Source: Cyanophora paradoxa CCMP329
Taxonomy: Eukaryota; Plantae; Glaucophyta
Direction of reading: 5' to 3'
DNA length: 64,000 bases
NCBI GenBank assembly: GCA_004431415.1
Contig: QPMI01000709.1
Location: forward strand, 248,001 to 312,000
The translations under genes and the position numbers were made by a program. Position 1 is the first letter of the stretch, and each line of letters begins with the position of its first letter. Shown in pieces: positions 24,080-34,821 of the stretch. The notes under the pieces were generated by a model. It was not told where the DNA came from, did not search any database, and saw nothing but the letters and a program-made list of their open reading frames with translations.

Positions 24080-26540
24080 ACCGCCAGCGCCGCCGCGACG
24101 CCGCGCAGCTGCGCCGCAGGGAGCGCGTGAGCGCCGCCCCGCCCCGTACCCGCCCGCCGGCCCCGCGCCGGGGCCCTCCCCAGGGAGGGCCGGCGAGGCC
24201 CCGCCCCTAGGGCCGGCCCCGCCGCCCGCCCGGCGCGCGGCGCACCTGCTGCGGGCCCCCGATCGCCGCAGGCCGCCGCCACCAGCGCCGCCGCGCCGCC
24301 CCGTACCTGCCGCACGGCCAGCGCGTGAGCGCCGCCCCGCCCCGTACCCGCCCACCGGCCCGCGCCGGGGCCCTCCCCAGGGAGGGCCGGCGAGGCCCCG
24401 CCCCCTAGGGCCGGCCCCGCCGCCCGCCCGGCGCGCGGCGCACCTGCTGCGGGCCCCCGATCGCCGTAGGCCGCCGCCACCAGCGCCGCCGCGACGCCGC
24501 GCAGCTGCGCCGCAGGGAGCGCGTGAGCGCCGCCCCGCTCCCTACCCGCCCGCCGGCCCCGCGCCGGGGCCCTCCCCAGGGAGGGCCGGCGAGGCCCCGC
24601 CCCTAGGGCCGGCCCGCCGCCCGCCCGGCGCGCGGTGCACCTGCTGCGGGCCCCCCGATCGCCGCAGGCCGCCGCCGCCAGCGCCGCCGCGACGCCGCGC
24701 AGCTGCGCCGCAGGGAGCGCGTGAGCACCGCCCCGCCCCGTACCCGCCGCCGGCCCCGTGCCGGGGCCCGCCCTCCTCAGGGAGGGCCGGCGAGGCCCCG
24801 CCCCCTAGGGCTGGCCCCGCCGCCCACCCGGCGCGCGGCGCACCTGCTGCGGGCCCCCCAATCGCCGCAGGCCGCCGCCGCCAGCACCGCCGCGACGCCG
24901 CGCAGCTGCGCCGCAGGGAGCGCGTGAGCGCCGCCCCGCCCCGTACCCGCCCGCCAGCCCCGCGCCGGGGCCCTCCCCAGGGAGGGCCGGCGAGGCCCCG
25001 CCCCTAGGGCCGGCCCGCCGCCCGCCCGGCGCGCGGCGCACCTGCTGCGGGCCCCCGATCGCCGCCGGCCGCCGCCGCCAGCGCCGCCGCGCCGCCCCGC
25101 ATCTGCCGCGCGGGCAGCGCGTGAGCGCCGCCCCGCCCGGGCCCGCCCGCCGGCCCCGCGCCGGGGCCCTCCCCAGGAAGGGCCGGCGAGGCCCCGCCCC
25201 CTAGGGCCGGCCCCGCCGCCCGCCCGGCGCGCGGCGCACCTGCTGCGGGCCCCCGATCGCCGCAGGCCGCCGCCGCCAGCGCCGCCGCGCCGCCGCGCAG
25301 CTGCGCCGCAGGGAGCGCGTGAGCGCCGCCCCGCCCCGTACCCGCCCGCCGGCCCCGCGCCGGGGCCCTCCCCAGGGAGGGCCGGCGAGGCCCCGCCCCC
25401 TAGGGCCGGCCCCGCCGCCCGCCCGGCGCGCGGCGCACCTGCTGCAGGCCCCGTGATCGCCGCCGGCCGCCGCCGCCAGCACCGCCGCGACGCCGCGCAG
25501 CTGCGCCGCAGGGAGCGCGTGAGCGCCGCCCCGCCCCGTACCCGCCCGCCGGCCCGCGCCGGGGCCCTCCCCAGGGAGGGCCGGCGAGGCCCCGCCCCCT
25601 AGGGCCGGCCCCGCCGCCCGCCCGGCGCGCGGCGCACCTGCTGCAGGCCCCGGGATCGCCGCAGGCCGCCGCCGCCAGCGCCGCCGCGCCGCCCCGCACC
25701 TGCCGCGCGGGCAGCGCGTGAGCGCCGCCCCGCCCCGGGCCCGCCCGCCGGCCCCGCGCCGGGGCCCTCCCCAGGAAGGGCCGGCGAGGCCCCGCCCCCT
25801 AGGGCCGGCCCCGCCGCCCGCCCGGCGCGCGGCGCACCTGCTGCGGGCCCCGGGATCGCCGCAGGCCGCCGCCGCCAGCGCCGCCGCGCCGCCGCGCAGC
25901 TGCGCCGCAGGGAGCGCGTGAGCGCCGCCCCGCCCCGGGCCCGCCCGCCGGCCCCGCGCCGGGGCCCTCCCCAGGAAGGGCCGGCGAGGCCCCGCCCCTA
26001 GGGCTGGCCCCGCCGCCCGCCCGGCGCGCGGCGCACCTGCTGCAGGCCCCGTGATCGCCGCCGGCCGCCGCCGCCAGCACCGCCGCGACGCCGCGCAGCT
26101 GCGCCGCAGGGAGCGCGTGAGCGCCGCCCCGCCCCGTACCCGCCCGCCGGCCCCGCGCCGGGGCCCTCCCCAGGGAGGGCCGGCGAGGCCCCGCCCCTAG
26201 GGCCGGCCCCGCCGCCCGCCCGGCGCGCGGCGCACCTGCTGCAGGCCCCGGGATCGCCGCAGGCCGCCGCCGCCAGCGCCGCCGCGCCGCCCCGCACCTG
26301 CCGCGCGGGCAGCGCGTGAGCGCCGCCCCGCCCGGGCCCGCCCGCCGGCCCCGCGCCGGGGCCCTCCCCAGGGAGGGCCGGCGAGGCCCCGCCCCCTAGG
26401 GCTGGCCCCGCCGCCCGCCCGGCGCGCGGCGCACCTGCTGCGGGCCCCCCGATCGCCGCCGGCCGCCGCCGCCAGCACCGCCGCGACGCCGCGCAGCTAA
26501 GCCGCAGGGAGCGCGTGAGCGCCGCCCCGCCTCGTACCCG
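24080..26540 (-). repeat. Right subterminal tandem array, ~199-bp GC-rich unit, ~12 copies, inverted relative to 13950-16165
   Basis: CCCTAGGG marker every ~199 bp from ~24207 to ~26396; unit is the reverse complement of the left array. Confidence 0.9.
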
Positions 26541-28831
26541 CCCGCTGGCCCCGGCACCTGCTGGTTGCGCGGCGGCGCGTGTCGGAAACCCAGGCCATGC
26601 TGCACGGTCAGCGGGGCGCGGTTTAGAGCGGGCGGGGCGGGAAGGCGGGGCTCTCACGAGCTGCGCTGGCTTGAGTTACGATCGGGCACGCCCGCTGCGA
26701 TCGGCTGGACGGCGGTGCAGCGCGCGGCAGCGGCTGGGGCTGCACGGGGCGGTCAGCGGGGCGCGGCGCAGAAGAGGGCTCGGGCGACGATGGACGTGAA
26801 TTCGCAGAGTGCGCAGAGCATAGATGAGGTGCGCGGTTGGGCGCGCGTCGTGCGGCGCTGGCTGCAGCGGGGCGAGTGGAGTCGCGATTGTCAGCGAAGG
26901 AGGCGACGGCGCGCGGGGCGCGGGGAGTGCGCGCGGGGGAGGACGAAGCGTACCACGGTGAGAATGCACTACGTAGAGCCCGCCTGCGAGAAGGCGAGGC
27001 TGTACGCGAGCGGGCCGGGGCGCGGGCCGGAACGCTGGCGCTCGCGGGGCGCCGCTTCTGAGCAGAGGACGGGCCGCGGGGGCTTTCCAGGATTTCGAAC
27101 GTGCGGGAAAGGCTGTAGAGAGGCCGGAGAGCGCGTGCGAACGCGCGGGATGCTCTGCGAGCCGGGCCGCCCGGCCGCTGGCGGCCGGATTCCCGGAAAT
27201 CCCCTGCCGAAATTCCCGGAAATTCCGGAAATCCCATAGCTAGCTGCCGAAATTCCCGCCGGACCTAGGTCGACCTGCTAGGTTGGCGCCCGGCGATCTG
27301 ATTTTACTATTTTACTGCTTGTGTTAAGTAATGTAGTATTTTTGAAATCCTTTTATGTTCTTTTTCAGACAAATATTAGCGCTGCTGCGCATGATGGCAT
27401 GGTGATGCTATGATGTTTCCTTGAGTTTTTAGTACTGCAGTCCGAGTCAAAAACGGGCCATATTTGGCACTGACGTATACCTCGAGTCTCGATGTTCTGC
27501 GTGGCGCGTTTTGAGCCTCTTCCTGATCAGCCCGCCCGGCCGCGGCCCGCTCGCCGAGTCCGACGGTCGCGCGCGCGCTGGCCGCGGGCCGGCCCGGCGG
27601 GCCGATCGATATCGATATCGCCGAGTCGCAAGCGTACGGTATACGCGTACGCGTGCCGTACCGTAGTACGCCCGTCCAAAATTGCTGCAAAATGCCGCAC
27701 TGCGGCAGTGCACCCGCATGCATGAGCGCGCGCTAGCATGAACTTTACAAGCCTGAAGTTTAGTAATGTTGCGCACGGCGCGCATGCCATGATCATCGGA
27801 TGCGCATAGCATTGCACTGCGGCACATACGTACGGTATACGTTCTATACTATAGTAATCGTACTCGCGATCGGTATACCGTAGTACGTATACGTATGCGC
27901 ATTGCGCCGCGGCGTTAGAATTCGGCCGCGGGCTACAATAGACCTGAGACAACCGTTGCAATTGAACAGCCTGCAGAGCAGATCAAGATTCTAGAGGCGC
28001 CGGCATGCGCAGCAGCTGTAGCAGCGCGCCGCGGCGCGCGCACATGCCATGATCATGATTGCCGACGGCGGCCGCGGCTCGCGATCGGCGCGACCCGTTT
28101 GAACGGCTGCAGCCGCGGCCACAGCATCTGTGACTTCCAATTCAACCCGCCGGGCCGGCCCAGCCGCTGAGCCCAGGTCATCGGCGCGGCGCTTTCAATT
28201 GCATGTTTCCTCTTTCTGCGGTCCGACGGTCGCGATCGCAGTCTCTGAGTTACCCAGCCTGGCAGCTGCAGCTGCAGGCCCAGTCAACGTCGGCGTGCGG
28301 CGGTGTGCGCGCTCTGAGGCTCTGAGCTCCTGAACAACAGCCGCTGAGCAGCGGTACGTGCACGTGGATGTATATGGCCCATGGGCGCGCCCGTGCAAAT
28401 GCATATGCACGTGGCCAGCAGCAGCCGCGGCATCTCTGTGCGCTCACTGTCATGATCGTGATCAGCTGCGTGCGCAGCCGCGGCCGCTGAACGAGCCGGG
28501 CCGGGAAGGCGATCGCCGTCCGGGATCCGCGGCCGTCAACGTTAACGTTCAACGGTTCCCCAAGTCCCGGCGCGGGCCCGGGGCGGCCGGGGGGGCGCGG
28601 CGCTGCACATCCTTCAATTTGCAATCAATAGTTAAAGCAATTTGGACGTGAAGCGATCATCGGATACAAGCGCCCGGATTCGGAGTCGCCGTCCGTTATA
28701 TTTTGATCAGGTGCGAATGCGCTGGTTTTGCAATTGGATCTCTAGATCTAGATGTGCTTAAGGTGCCTAGCTATAGGCTAGGTGCCATGGCCAGGCTGCA
28801 GCCTGCAGTTGGCAGCTGGCAGCTGCAACTG

Positions 28832-28933
28832 GATCGGTGCACACCTGTGCGCTCACCGGCTAGCGCCTCTAGATCAACTGCTGCTTGCAGCTATCGGTGC
28901 ACACCTGTGCGCTCACCGGCTAGCGCCTCTAGA
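28832..28933. repeat. Tandem duplication, 60-bp period
   Basis: ATCGGTGCACACCTGTGCGCTCACCGGCTAGCGCCTCTAGA occurs twice, 60 bp apart. Confidence 0.85.
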
Positions 28934-29051
28934 CAATAGCGCTAGCTATAGCTTTCGAATTCGCCGCGCCGTGCACTGCAGCACGTGCACGCTTAGAAAT
29001 ACATGCTCACTCCGCGAGCTTTAATTTTGCAATTGCAGACGCAGCGATATC

Positions 29052-30567
29052 ATGGCCACGGCGCATGCCCGTGCTCATGCGCTCGGCTCCGGCGCGTCGA
29101 CGTCTCCCATATGCATGGCCACCTCGGCCGCCGACCGCACGCTCTCGAAAGAGTACGCCGATTTCACTGATCATGATCAAGGTATCGATCAAGGTGCACA
29201 TGTGCATCCATCGTCCCAGGTGCGCTTATAATCAGCTTCGAAGATATAACTGCTTGCGATATTAATATTCTAGCTATAGATCTGATTAATATTCCAATGC
29301 CACATGCACATTGGCATCTTTAATTTTAATCACGCGGCCATCAATTTCGCGCGGGCCTGCGCTGATCATGATCGCAATGTTTAATCGTGATCATCGGATG
29401 GTGATCATGACGCGAGCCGCGCGGGCGCGCGCGCATGCGCAGGATTCGCTGGGAGAGGTGACGGGCCGCATCGGCGCCCTCCAGATCCCGTCCTCGGAGG
29501 GCGAGGCCTCGGGGGCGGCCCGCTCCACGCCCGACGGCTCGCCCCACTCGAGCTCGGCCGCCGTTGATCGCGAGGCGGAAGGGGGGGTCGGAGGCTCGCG
29601 CTCGGGCTCGATTTCGGGCCCCGCGAGGCGATACTCGAACTCGAGCTCGAGCTCGAACGCGCCGCGGCCGCATGCGCGGCAGAGCCATGCCGAGGCGCAT
29701 GCGTCTGGCCATGCATATGGCCATGGCCAGCAGCGCTCGATCGCGAGCTACACCTACGGTCAGCGGCAAGAGCAGCACGAGCGAGCGTACAGTGAGCGGC
29801 GGCGGCCGCACTCGTTCGCCCAGTCTCCGTCGACCTCGGCTCGAGCTCGCAATATTAATCCACCCGGCGCCGGCGCCGGCGGATCCGGAGGCCCAGGGCG
29901 CGTGCAGGGCGCGGCCGCGGGTCCCTCGCAGCTGCAAGGTCACGGCCACGTGCATGGCCAGTACTTGCAGCTCCGTGGGCACCCGTACCCCCATCTGCAG
30001 CTGCTCCCCGCGGCCGGGGCGGCCGTGGACGTGGACGGGACCGCGGCCGGCCTCCCCGTGGCCAGCGTCAACATCGTTGAGATTTCTCCGGGCGTCTACG
30101 GCTACGGTTACGGCCCCGCCCTGCAGCTGCAGGCCGCACCCGGTCAGAATTTGAATTTCCAGTCGTGCGTCTCATTTATTCCATTATGATATCGATTATA
30201 CGATGATGACGATATCCATCGAATTTCCTCTCGTACATGCTAAAATGCCCTCGCATATATCAGTAAACATATTTGAACGTAATTAATGATTCATGATCAA
30301 CGATTTTGCATGCGCAGGGATTATCTTCTGGCCTCGCAATTGCAGCCTTACGCCGTGGCGGGCCCTTCCGACGCGCAGGTCCGGATCCGACTCTCCCGGT
30401 CACAATCGGGGTCTATAGCTATAAATTAATGAATATTAACTAGTACTAGTAATGTTCGAATTCAAAATCGTCCCCGGCCAGAACTGACTGGAGGGCATGT
30501 TAATGCGCAGGGGCCCGCCGGCGCCGCCCTGCAGCTGGTTATGGGACAGCAGTACCCCGTGGAAATG
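29052..30567 (+). pseudogene. 5' part of a low-complexity Gln/Ala/Gly-rich host gene interrupted by the PLV
   Basis: Phase-consistent GT-AG exons can be built (~29052-29218, 29443-30164, 30318-30378, 30511-30567). The last reads GPAGAALQLVMGQQYPVEM and ends in the TSD. Confidence 0.6.
30562..30567. repeat. Left target-site duplication GAAATG
   Basis: Identical 6-mer at 57401-57406, immediately outside the TIRs. Confidence 0.95.
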
Positions 30568-30662
30568 ACACATATTGAAAAACGAATTTAAATCCCTCGT
30601 TCATCTCGATCGCTTCGCGATCTCGATTCACTCTGGATTTAAATTCGTTTTTCAATATGTGT
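30568..30662. other. Terminal fold-back palindrome (28-bp perfect stem, 39-nt asymmetric loop with inner GATCGC-TTC-GCGATC hairpin)
   Basis: ACACATATTGAAAAACGAATTTAAATCC (30568-30595) pairs with 30635-30662; mirrored at 57306-57400. Confidence 0.95.
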
Positions 30663-31353
30663 TAATTTAATACTAAAATACATATTTTTCGATTAATTTC
30701 TTAAACTTTTTATGCAAACTTTGTATAAAATAATGCAAACTTTGTATTAAAAATGAAAACGCGTTTACCAAAATGCATATTTTCGATTAAACTTCGATAG
30801 ATTCAATTGATCTTATATCGATTGATTATGTACTTTGTTGTTTACATACAAATCTGCGATAGATTAACATTAAACTGCTTAAAGATCGATATAATTGCGA
30901 TTAAATTGCATAAATTCGCATAAACTCGATATATCTCTCATGTATTGAAGTAGACCACCGCCCATTCTGTATCGAAAAACGCAAAAAGTGTCACAGAGTT
31001 GCATTGTGTCCAATTGAACAATCGATGAGATTGCTGATGTACATTTTTGCACCGAAAAAGTGTCACAGAGTTGCATTATCTCCCATTAAACAATCGATTA
31101 GATTGCGGGATTTTCTATTGGAATATATCGGAACTGCATTATGTCCAATTAAACAATCGATGAGATTGCGGATTTATATTTTAGATCGAAAAAGTGTCAC
31201 AGAGTTGCATGGTCTCCAATTGAACAATCGATTAGATTGCATATGTTCTATAAAACAGAATAATTGAATTCAAGTGTGACAGGTAGTATTCAAATGATAT
31301 TCAGTAATAGATATATTTGTTTTTGAGAAAGTCAGTAAGAGGGGTAGAATGTC

Positions 31354-31780
31354 TGTGACAGGTGTGACAGGTGTGACAGGTGTGACAGGTGTTTTCAGAA
31401 GTCTGTCATTTTTGAAAAATTTAGAAAGTTTGAAAATAGGTGTCACACCTGTCACACCTGTCACACTCAATTAAACTACCTGTCACACCTGGTCTCCTTA
31501 CCATTTTCAGTAAGACAGAAAGGTATTCATGAAATCGACTATTGTTGGGTGGATTTTGAAGGTGTCACACCTGTCACATAGACTGTTTTCAGTAAGACAA
31601 CAATAAATTCTTGAATATCTCAGTAAGAAATAGAGTCTTTTGTTAATTGGGTGTGACGGGTGTGACAGGTGTGACAGGTGTTTTCAGAAGTCTGTAATTT
31701 GTGAGAATTTTAAAAAGTTTGAAAATAGGTGTCACACCTGTCACAGGCGTCACAGTCAATTAAATAGGTGTCACACCCGA
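31354..31780. promoter_or_regulatory. Two iteron-like modules of convergent 9-bp TGTGACAGG repeats around an AT-rich spacer (putative origin or protein-binding sites)
   Basis: (TGTGACAGG)3-4, then an AT-rich spacer, then (CCTGTCACA)n at ~31354-31490 and ~31652-31777; mirrored in the right TIR. Function inferred. Confidence 0.6.
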
Positions 31781-31834
31781 TTATCTGACCATTTTCAGTA
31801 AGACCATCTGAAATTCTGAATTTCTCAGTGTCAA

Positions 31835-32236
31835 CTAACTCGGAAATCGCAATACTCTATGTTTCTCCGATTTCTCCAACCCTGAAAACACACCTGTTAT
31901 TCTCTCATCTATCTCATGAGATACTCTCGTGGTTTTTCTCTCTGCTTCTAATCCACAACTGAATATATCAATCGCCAGCATACCTTCATTTGAGTAACAA
32001 TGAGCAGTGCAGTGGCTCTCATCCAGCAGAAGAACCATTGCAAAACCAGGAGGAGAAATACCACCATCGAAAATCTCGCAATGCTTGTGAACTACTCGAA
32101 TACCTTGCTCTTGAATAATAGTTTGTAAGAACTGCATTAACCACCTGGTCGTTGTCTCCAAGTCTTCCACTCCTACTGCTAATTGGGTTCTGAATTTGTA
32201 ATCCAGCATCACATGGAAGCCTCGATGAGTATTCAT
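31835..32236 (-). CDS. speD: Prokaryote-type (class 1B) pyruvoyl-dependent S-adenosylmethionine decarboxylase proenzyme homologue
   Basis: 133 aa; N-terminal GxHxxxD; PPGFAMVLLLDESHCTAHCYSNEGMLAIDIFSCG fits the ESH self-cleavage site and DxFxCG motifs. Confidence 0.88.
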   Translation of the reverse strand: MNTHRGFHVMLDYKFRTQLAVGVEDLETTTRWLMQFLQTIIQEQGIRVVHKHCEIFDGGISPPGFAMVLLLDESHCTAHCYSNEGMLAIDIFSCGLEAERKTTRVSHEIDERITGVFSGLEKSEKHRVLRFPS

Positions 32237-32276
32237 TTATGAATAATTTAGAAAAATTAAAAACGCGATTGGTAGA

Positions 32277-32426
32277 ATGCGAACCATCTTAGCAAGAGTG
32301 CTACCTTATGAGTTGGTGGATATCATTCTGCTGCACTACCACAAGACCTGTCCAAACTGCTTTGACACATGCATAATCACAAAGGGAAAATGGGGAAAGA
32401 TCCTCATTTCTCTCTCAAAGATCTAA
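32277..32426 (+). CDS. 49-aa micro-ORF with F-box-like LPYELVDIIL motif and CxxC
   Basis: Hand-translated (below ORF-track cutoff): MRTILARVLPYELVDIILLHYHKTCPNCFDTCIITKGKWGKILISLSKI. Fills the intergenic gap; stop overlaps the neighbour's stop. Confidence 0.4.
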   Translation: MRTILARVLPYELVDIILLHYHKTCPNCFDTCIITKGKWGKILISLSKI

Positions 32427-32695
32427 TCAAAGTACAGTACCACTGGTTTATCATCTATCACAATTCCTGATGTAGTCTTTTTTCTGTAAGCATGAGAGGA
32501 TTTCTTGTTGCACTCTCTGCATCCACTTCCCCTTACATGATTAAATGGGTAGGTTTGGAGGATCTTGTTGCATTTAAGGCATCTAACAGAGACCTTCTCT
32601 TGTGCTTTCTTATACACTGTCTCACTATAATCGAATTTAGCATCACCATGAACCATCATTGCAGATTCTATGAATTTCTTTGTTTTATCATCCAT
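32423..32695 (-). CDS. Small zinc-ribbon protein (DUF723-like motif found beside phage/giant-virus endonucleases), no nuclease domain
   Basis: FIESAMMVHGDAKFDYSETVY..KVSVRCLKC..QTYPFNHVRGSGCREC. Confidence 0.7.
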   Translation of the reverse strand: MDDKTKKFIESAMMVHGDAKFDYSETVYKKAQEKVSVRCLKCNKILQTYPFNHVRGSGCRECNKKSSHAYRKKTTSGIVIDDKPVVLYFD

Positions 32696-32720
32696 TCCTC
32701 TCTATATATACCTGAGATTT

Positions 32721-33548
32721 CTATGGAGCAGTATCCTGCCCGAAAATGGGGAAGTATCGATTTGTGCCGTAATATTCTGCATATGTATTCTGTCTTGCAA
32801 TAGCATCGGTTCTCTCAGCATAGAGAATGCATTTGTAGATACCAAATCTGGTGGCTCTCACCAAAAACTGGTAATCTTCAAGACCGAAATTCACTCCATG
32901 ATAAGCAATCCCGAAATTGTCATATGGAGTGATTACAACTGCAATATTTGGGGTTCCACCCTCTACTTGACAGACAGCATAAACATCTGGTGGAATATCC
33001 ACGACCACCTTGTAGTGGTCACCAATCTCAACAAGAGAATCAACTACTGATGTCTGCTCATTCACAACAATTGGGAAGATCTTGATAATATATGGTGCAT
33101 TCATACTGGGGACATAGGTGCGAATTCTGGTGTTGGGATCAATGGGATTGGGTTGATCATTTACGAAAAGAGGCGCACCAACAGCTCCACCAATCCGAAG
33201 ACCATCACCAATATATGCTCCCCCCGTTTTGCAGTTAATAGCTCCCGACCGAGATTCAAAAGAATAAGTAGAAAGAGGATCACCATAACTGTCTGGGTCT
33301 CCATAATGGGCAGAAAAGTTCGCATTTGTCACAAGGAGTTTCGTTGTCTTAACTATACCATTATTTTTATCACATCTGAGTTCCTGCAATCTCAGTTTAT
33401 GGGTGGAACCAAAGGTATTCATTGTAGGTTGTACTTCTGTGGATTGGAGACCTTCTACATCATCAAAAGTAGCATGCTGCAAAACGTGATTTGCAGGTGC
33501 TGCTAATGAGAGTTGGGGTGTAATAATTCGCTCTACTGGGGCAGCCAT
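32721..33548 (-). CDS. Putative virion fibre/spike protein, paralogue A (275 aa)
   Basis: Shares ~125-aa N-terminal domain (QH..STE..ELRxDKxxGxVKxT..GGAxIGxG) with 33572-34417 and 34822-35832; C-domain YDNFG..GIY..RTD shared with paralogue B. Confidence 0.6.
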   Translation of the reverse strand: MAAPVERIITPQLSLAAPANHVLQHATFDDVEGLQSTEVQPTMNTFGSTHKLRLQELRCDKNNGIVKTTKLLVTNANFSAHYGDPDSYGDPLSTYSFESRSGAINCKTGGAYIGDGLRIGGAVGAPLFVNDQPNPIDPNTRIRTYVPSMNAPYIIKIFPIVVNEQTSVVDSLVEIGDHYKVVVDIPPDVYAVCQVEGGTPNIAVVITPYDNFGIAYHGVNFGLEDYQFLVRATRFGIYKCILYAERTDAIARQNTYAEYYGTNRYFPIFGQDTAP

Positions 33549-33571
33549 TTTACATTAAAGTAATATATAAT

Positions 33572-34417
33572 TTATGGGGTTGGGTTATCAATCACATCTG
33601 GTTCCTGGTAAAACCCTGTTTGAGAAAGAGTATCAGGAGTAACACCTCTTAGAGCTGAGACAGCAGCTATATCTGTTCTGATACCCATAACTGTAATTGT
33701 ATATTTTCCAATATCTGTAACAAACAGATCATAGGTGAAATTGTTATTATAAACACAGAACCCTGTGCCGAAATGATCATATCCTTGAACACTGAAATTG
33801 TATCTGTGACCTGGCTGGTTATTGTTGGCTCTACATAAAGAAAGCATTGCAGAAGGAATGACCAGCCCTCTCATTACTCTTTTGGTTCCTTCAATCAATT
33901 CAGAGTTTTCAAGTGTGACAGTATAACCTTGGTAAAATTGAATAATTGGCTGTTGTGCAACTGGTATATATAATCGAATTCGTTGTGGGTCTTCAACATT
34001 CTGTTCAAGAGTATCTGGGACATCATTGTATGCAATTGATGAGGAGAGTTGACCTGAAACTCTGCAACCACCACCAATAAATGCTCCACCTGATCTCACA
34101 GTTACAGCAGCAGAATTCTTGTCAAAATCGAGGGCTTTCAGGTCTACACTGTAAGCATCAGGACCTCCATTAGTGGGTTGGAAGAAGTTCGCATTTGAGA
34201 CAAGGAGTCGAGTTGTTTTAACCACACCTGAGTTTTTGTCGGCTCGAAGTTCTTTAACTCGAATAATCGAATTCTTATCAAAGGAGTTACCATTGGAATT
34301 GGGTCTCTCTGTGGATTCTAATCCACGAACCTCATCATTTACTTCATGCTGGCGAAAGTGCATAGCAGGGGATCCAAGGGAATATATTGGAAGTTGAACT
34401 CGATTATATTCACCCAT
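33572..34417 (-). CDS. Putative virion fibre/spike protein, paralogue B (281 aa)
   Basis: Same N-terminal domain; C-domain YDHFG..GKY..GIRTD. Confidence 0.6.
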   Translation of the reverse strand: MGEYNRVQLPIYSLGSPAMHFRQHEVNDEVRGLESTERPNSNGNSFDKNSIIRVKELRADKNSGVVKTTRLLVSNANFFQPTNGGPDAYSVDLKALDFDKNSAAVTVRSGGAFIGGGCRVSGQLSSSIAYNDVPDTLEQNVEDPQRIRLYIPVAQQPIIQFYQGYTVTLENSELIEGTKRVMRGLVIPSAMLSLCRANNNQPGHRYNFSVQGYDHFGTGFCVYNNNFTYDLFVTDIGKYTITVMGIRTDIAAVSALRGVTPDTLSQTGFYQEPDVIDNPTP

Positions 34418-34548
34418 TGCTTCTTTTACTAAGAAGGAAAGAAAAATAAACGACTTTCAAGAAGGACATGCAAGATACATGCCTTTCTTATGCATGATCT
34501 ATGAAAAATAACAATTAACCCATCTCTCATTCTTCGAATTCGAGTTCT

Positions 34549-34812
34549 TTACATAGGAGCACTCACAGGAATTTCGCTTGCCTTTCGAACAGTCCCCCTT
34601 GCAAACGCTTGCTCTACAATCGCTTCCTTTGTGAGTGGAATCGGAATTCCAGCGGCAATACACGATTTAACTTCTTTGTCCACAATCTCATCAATCGCGA
34701 TTCTTGCCCTATTATGAGCCGCATTATCGATCCAATCCTGAACAGAGTAGGCACAGTATTCCATTCCCAGTTTTTCAGTATCAGTTAGAACCACTTGGTA
34801 GATGTTTGACAT
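34549..34812 (-). CDS. 87-aa protein resembling small marine-phage proteins encoded next to C1q tail fibres
   Basis: LTDTEKLGMEYCAYSVQDWIDNAAHNRARIAIDEIV..IPLTKEAIVEQAFARGTVRKA; recognised from memory only; directly downstream of the C1q fibre gene. Confidence 0.55.
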   Translation of the reverse strand: MSNIYQVVLTDTEKLGMEYCAYSVQDWIDNAAHNRARIAIDEIVDKEVKSCIAAGIPIPLTKEAIVEQAFARGTVRKASEIPVSAPM

Positions 34813-34821
34813 TCTTTTACT

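Larger units (their letters stand above)
13256..27290. mobile_element. Giant foldback-like non-coding element (~14 kb) with ~3-kb inverted arms
   Basis: ~13256-13960 is the reverse complement of ~26540-27290 (the ORF track shows the same spurious peptide on opposite strands). Inside each arm is an array of ~197-bp GC-rich units, in opposite orientations. No transposase or TSD identified; ends approximate. Confidence 0.7.
30568..31930 (+). repeat. Left terminal inverted repeat (1363 bp)
   Basis: Reverse complement of 56048-57400. The differences I found are one extra 9-bp TGTGACAGG unit and one extra G, which account for the 10-bp length difference. Confidence 0.95.

Noticed and set aside
23340-24080. 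Transposase remnant in the foldback core
   Set aside because: No DDE or other motif recognisable in the listed ORFs.
13400-27240. ORFs in the foldback arms, arrays and satellite
   Set aside because: Translations of tandem repeats with no domain signal.
30879-31470. ORFs inside the TIR (including the VTPVTP peptide) and their mirror copies at 56701-57089
   Set aside because: They are translations of the DNA repeats, mostly with non-ATG starts.
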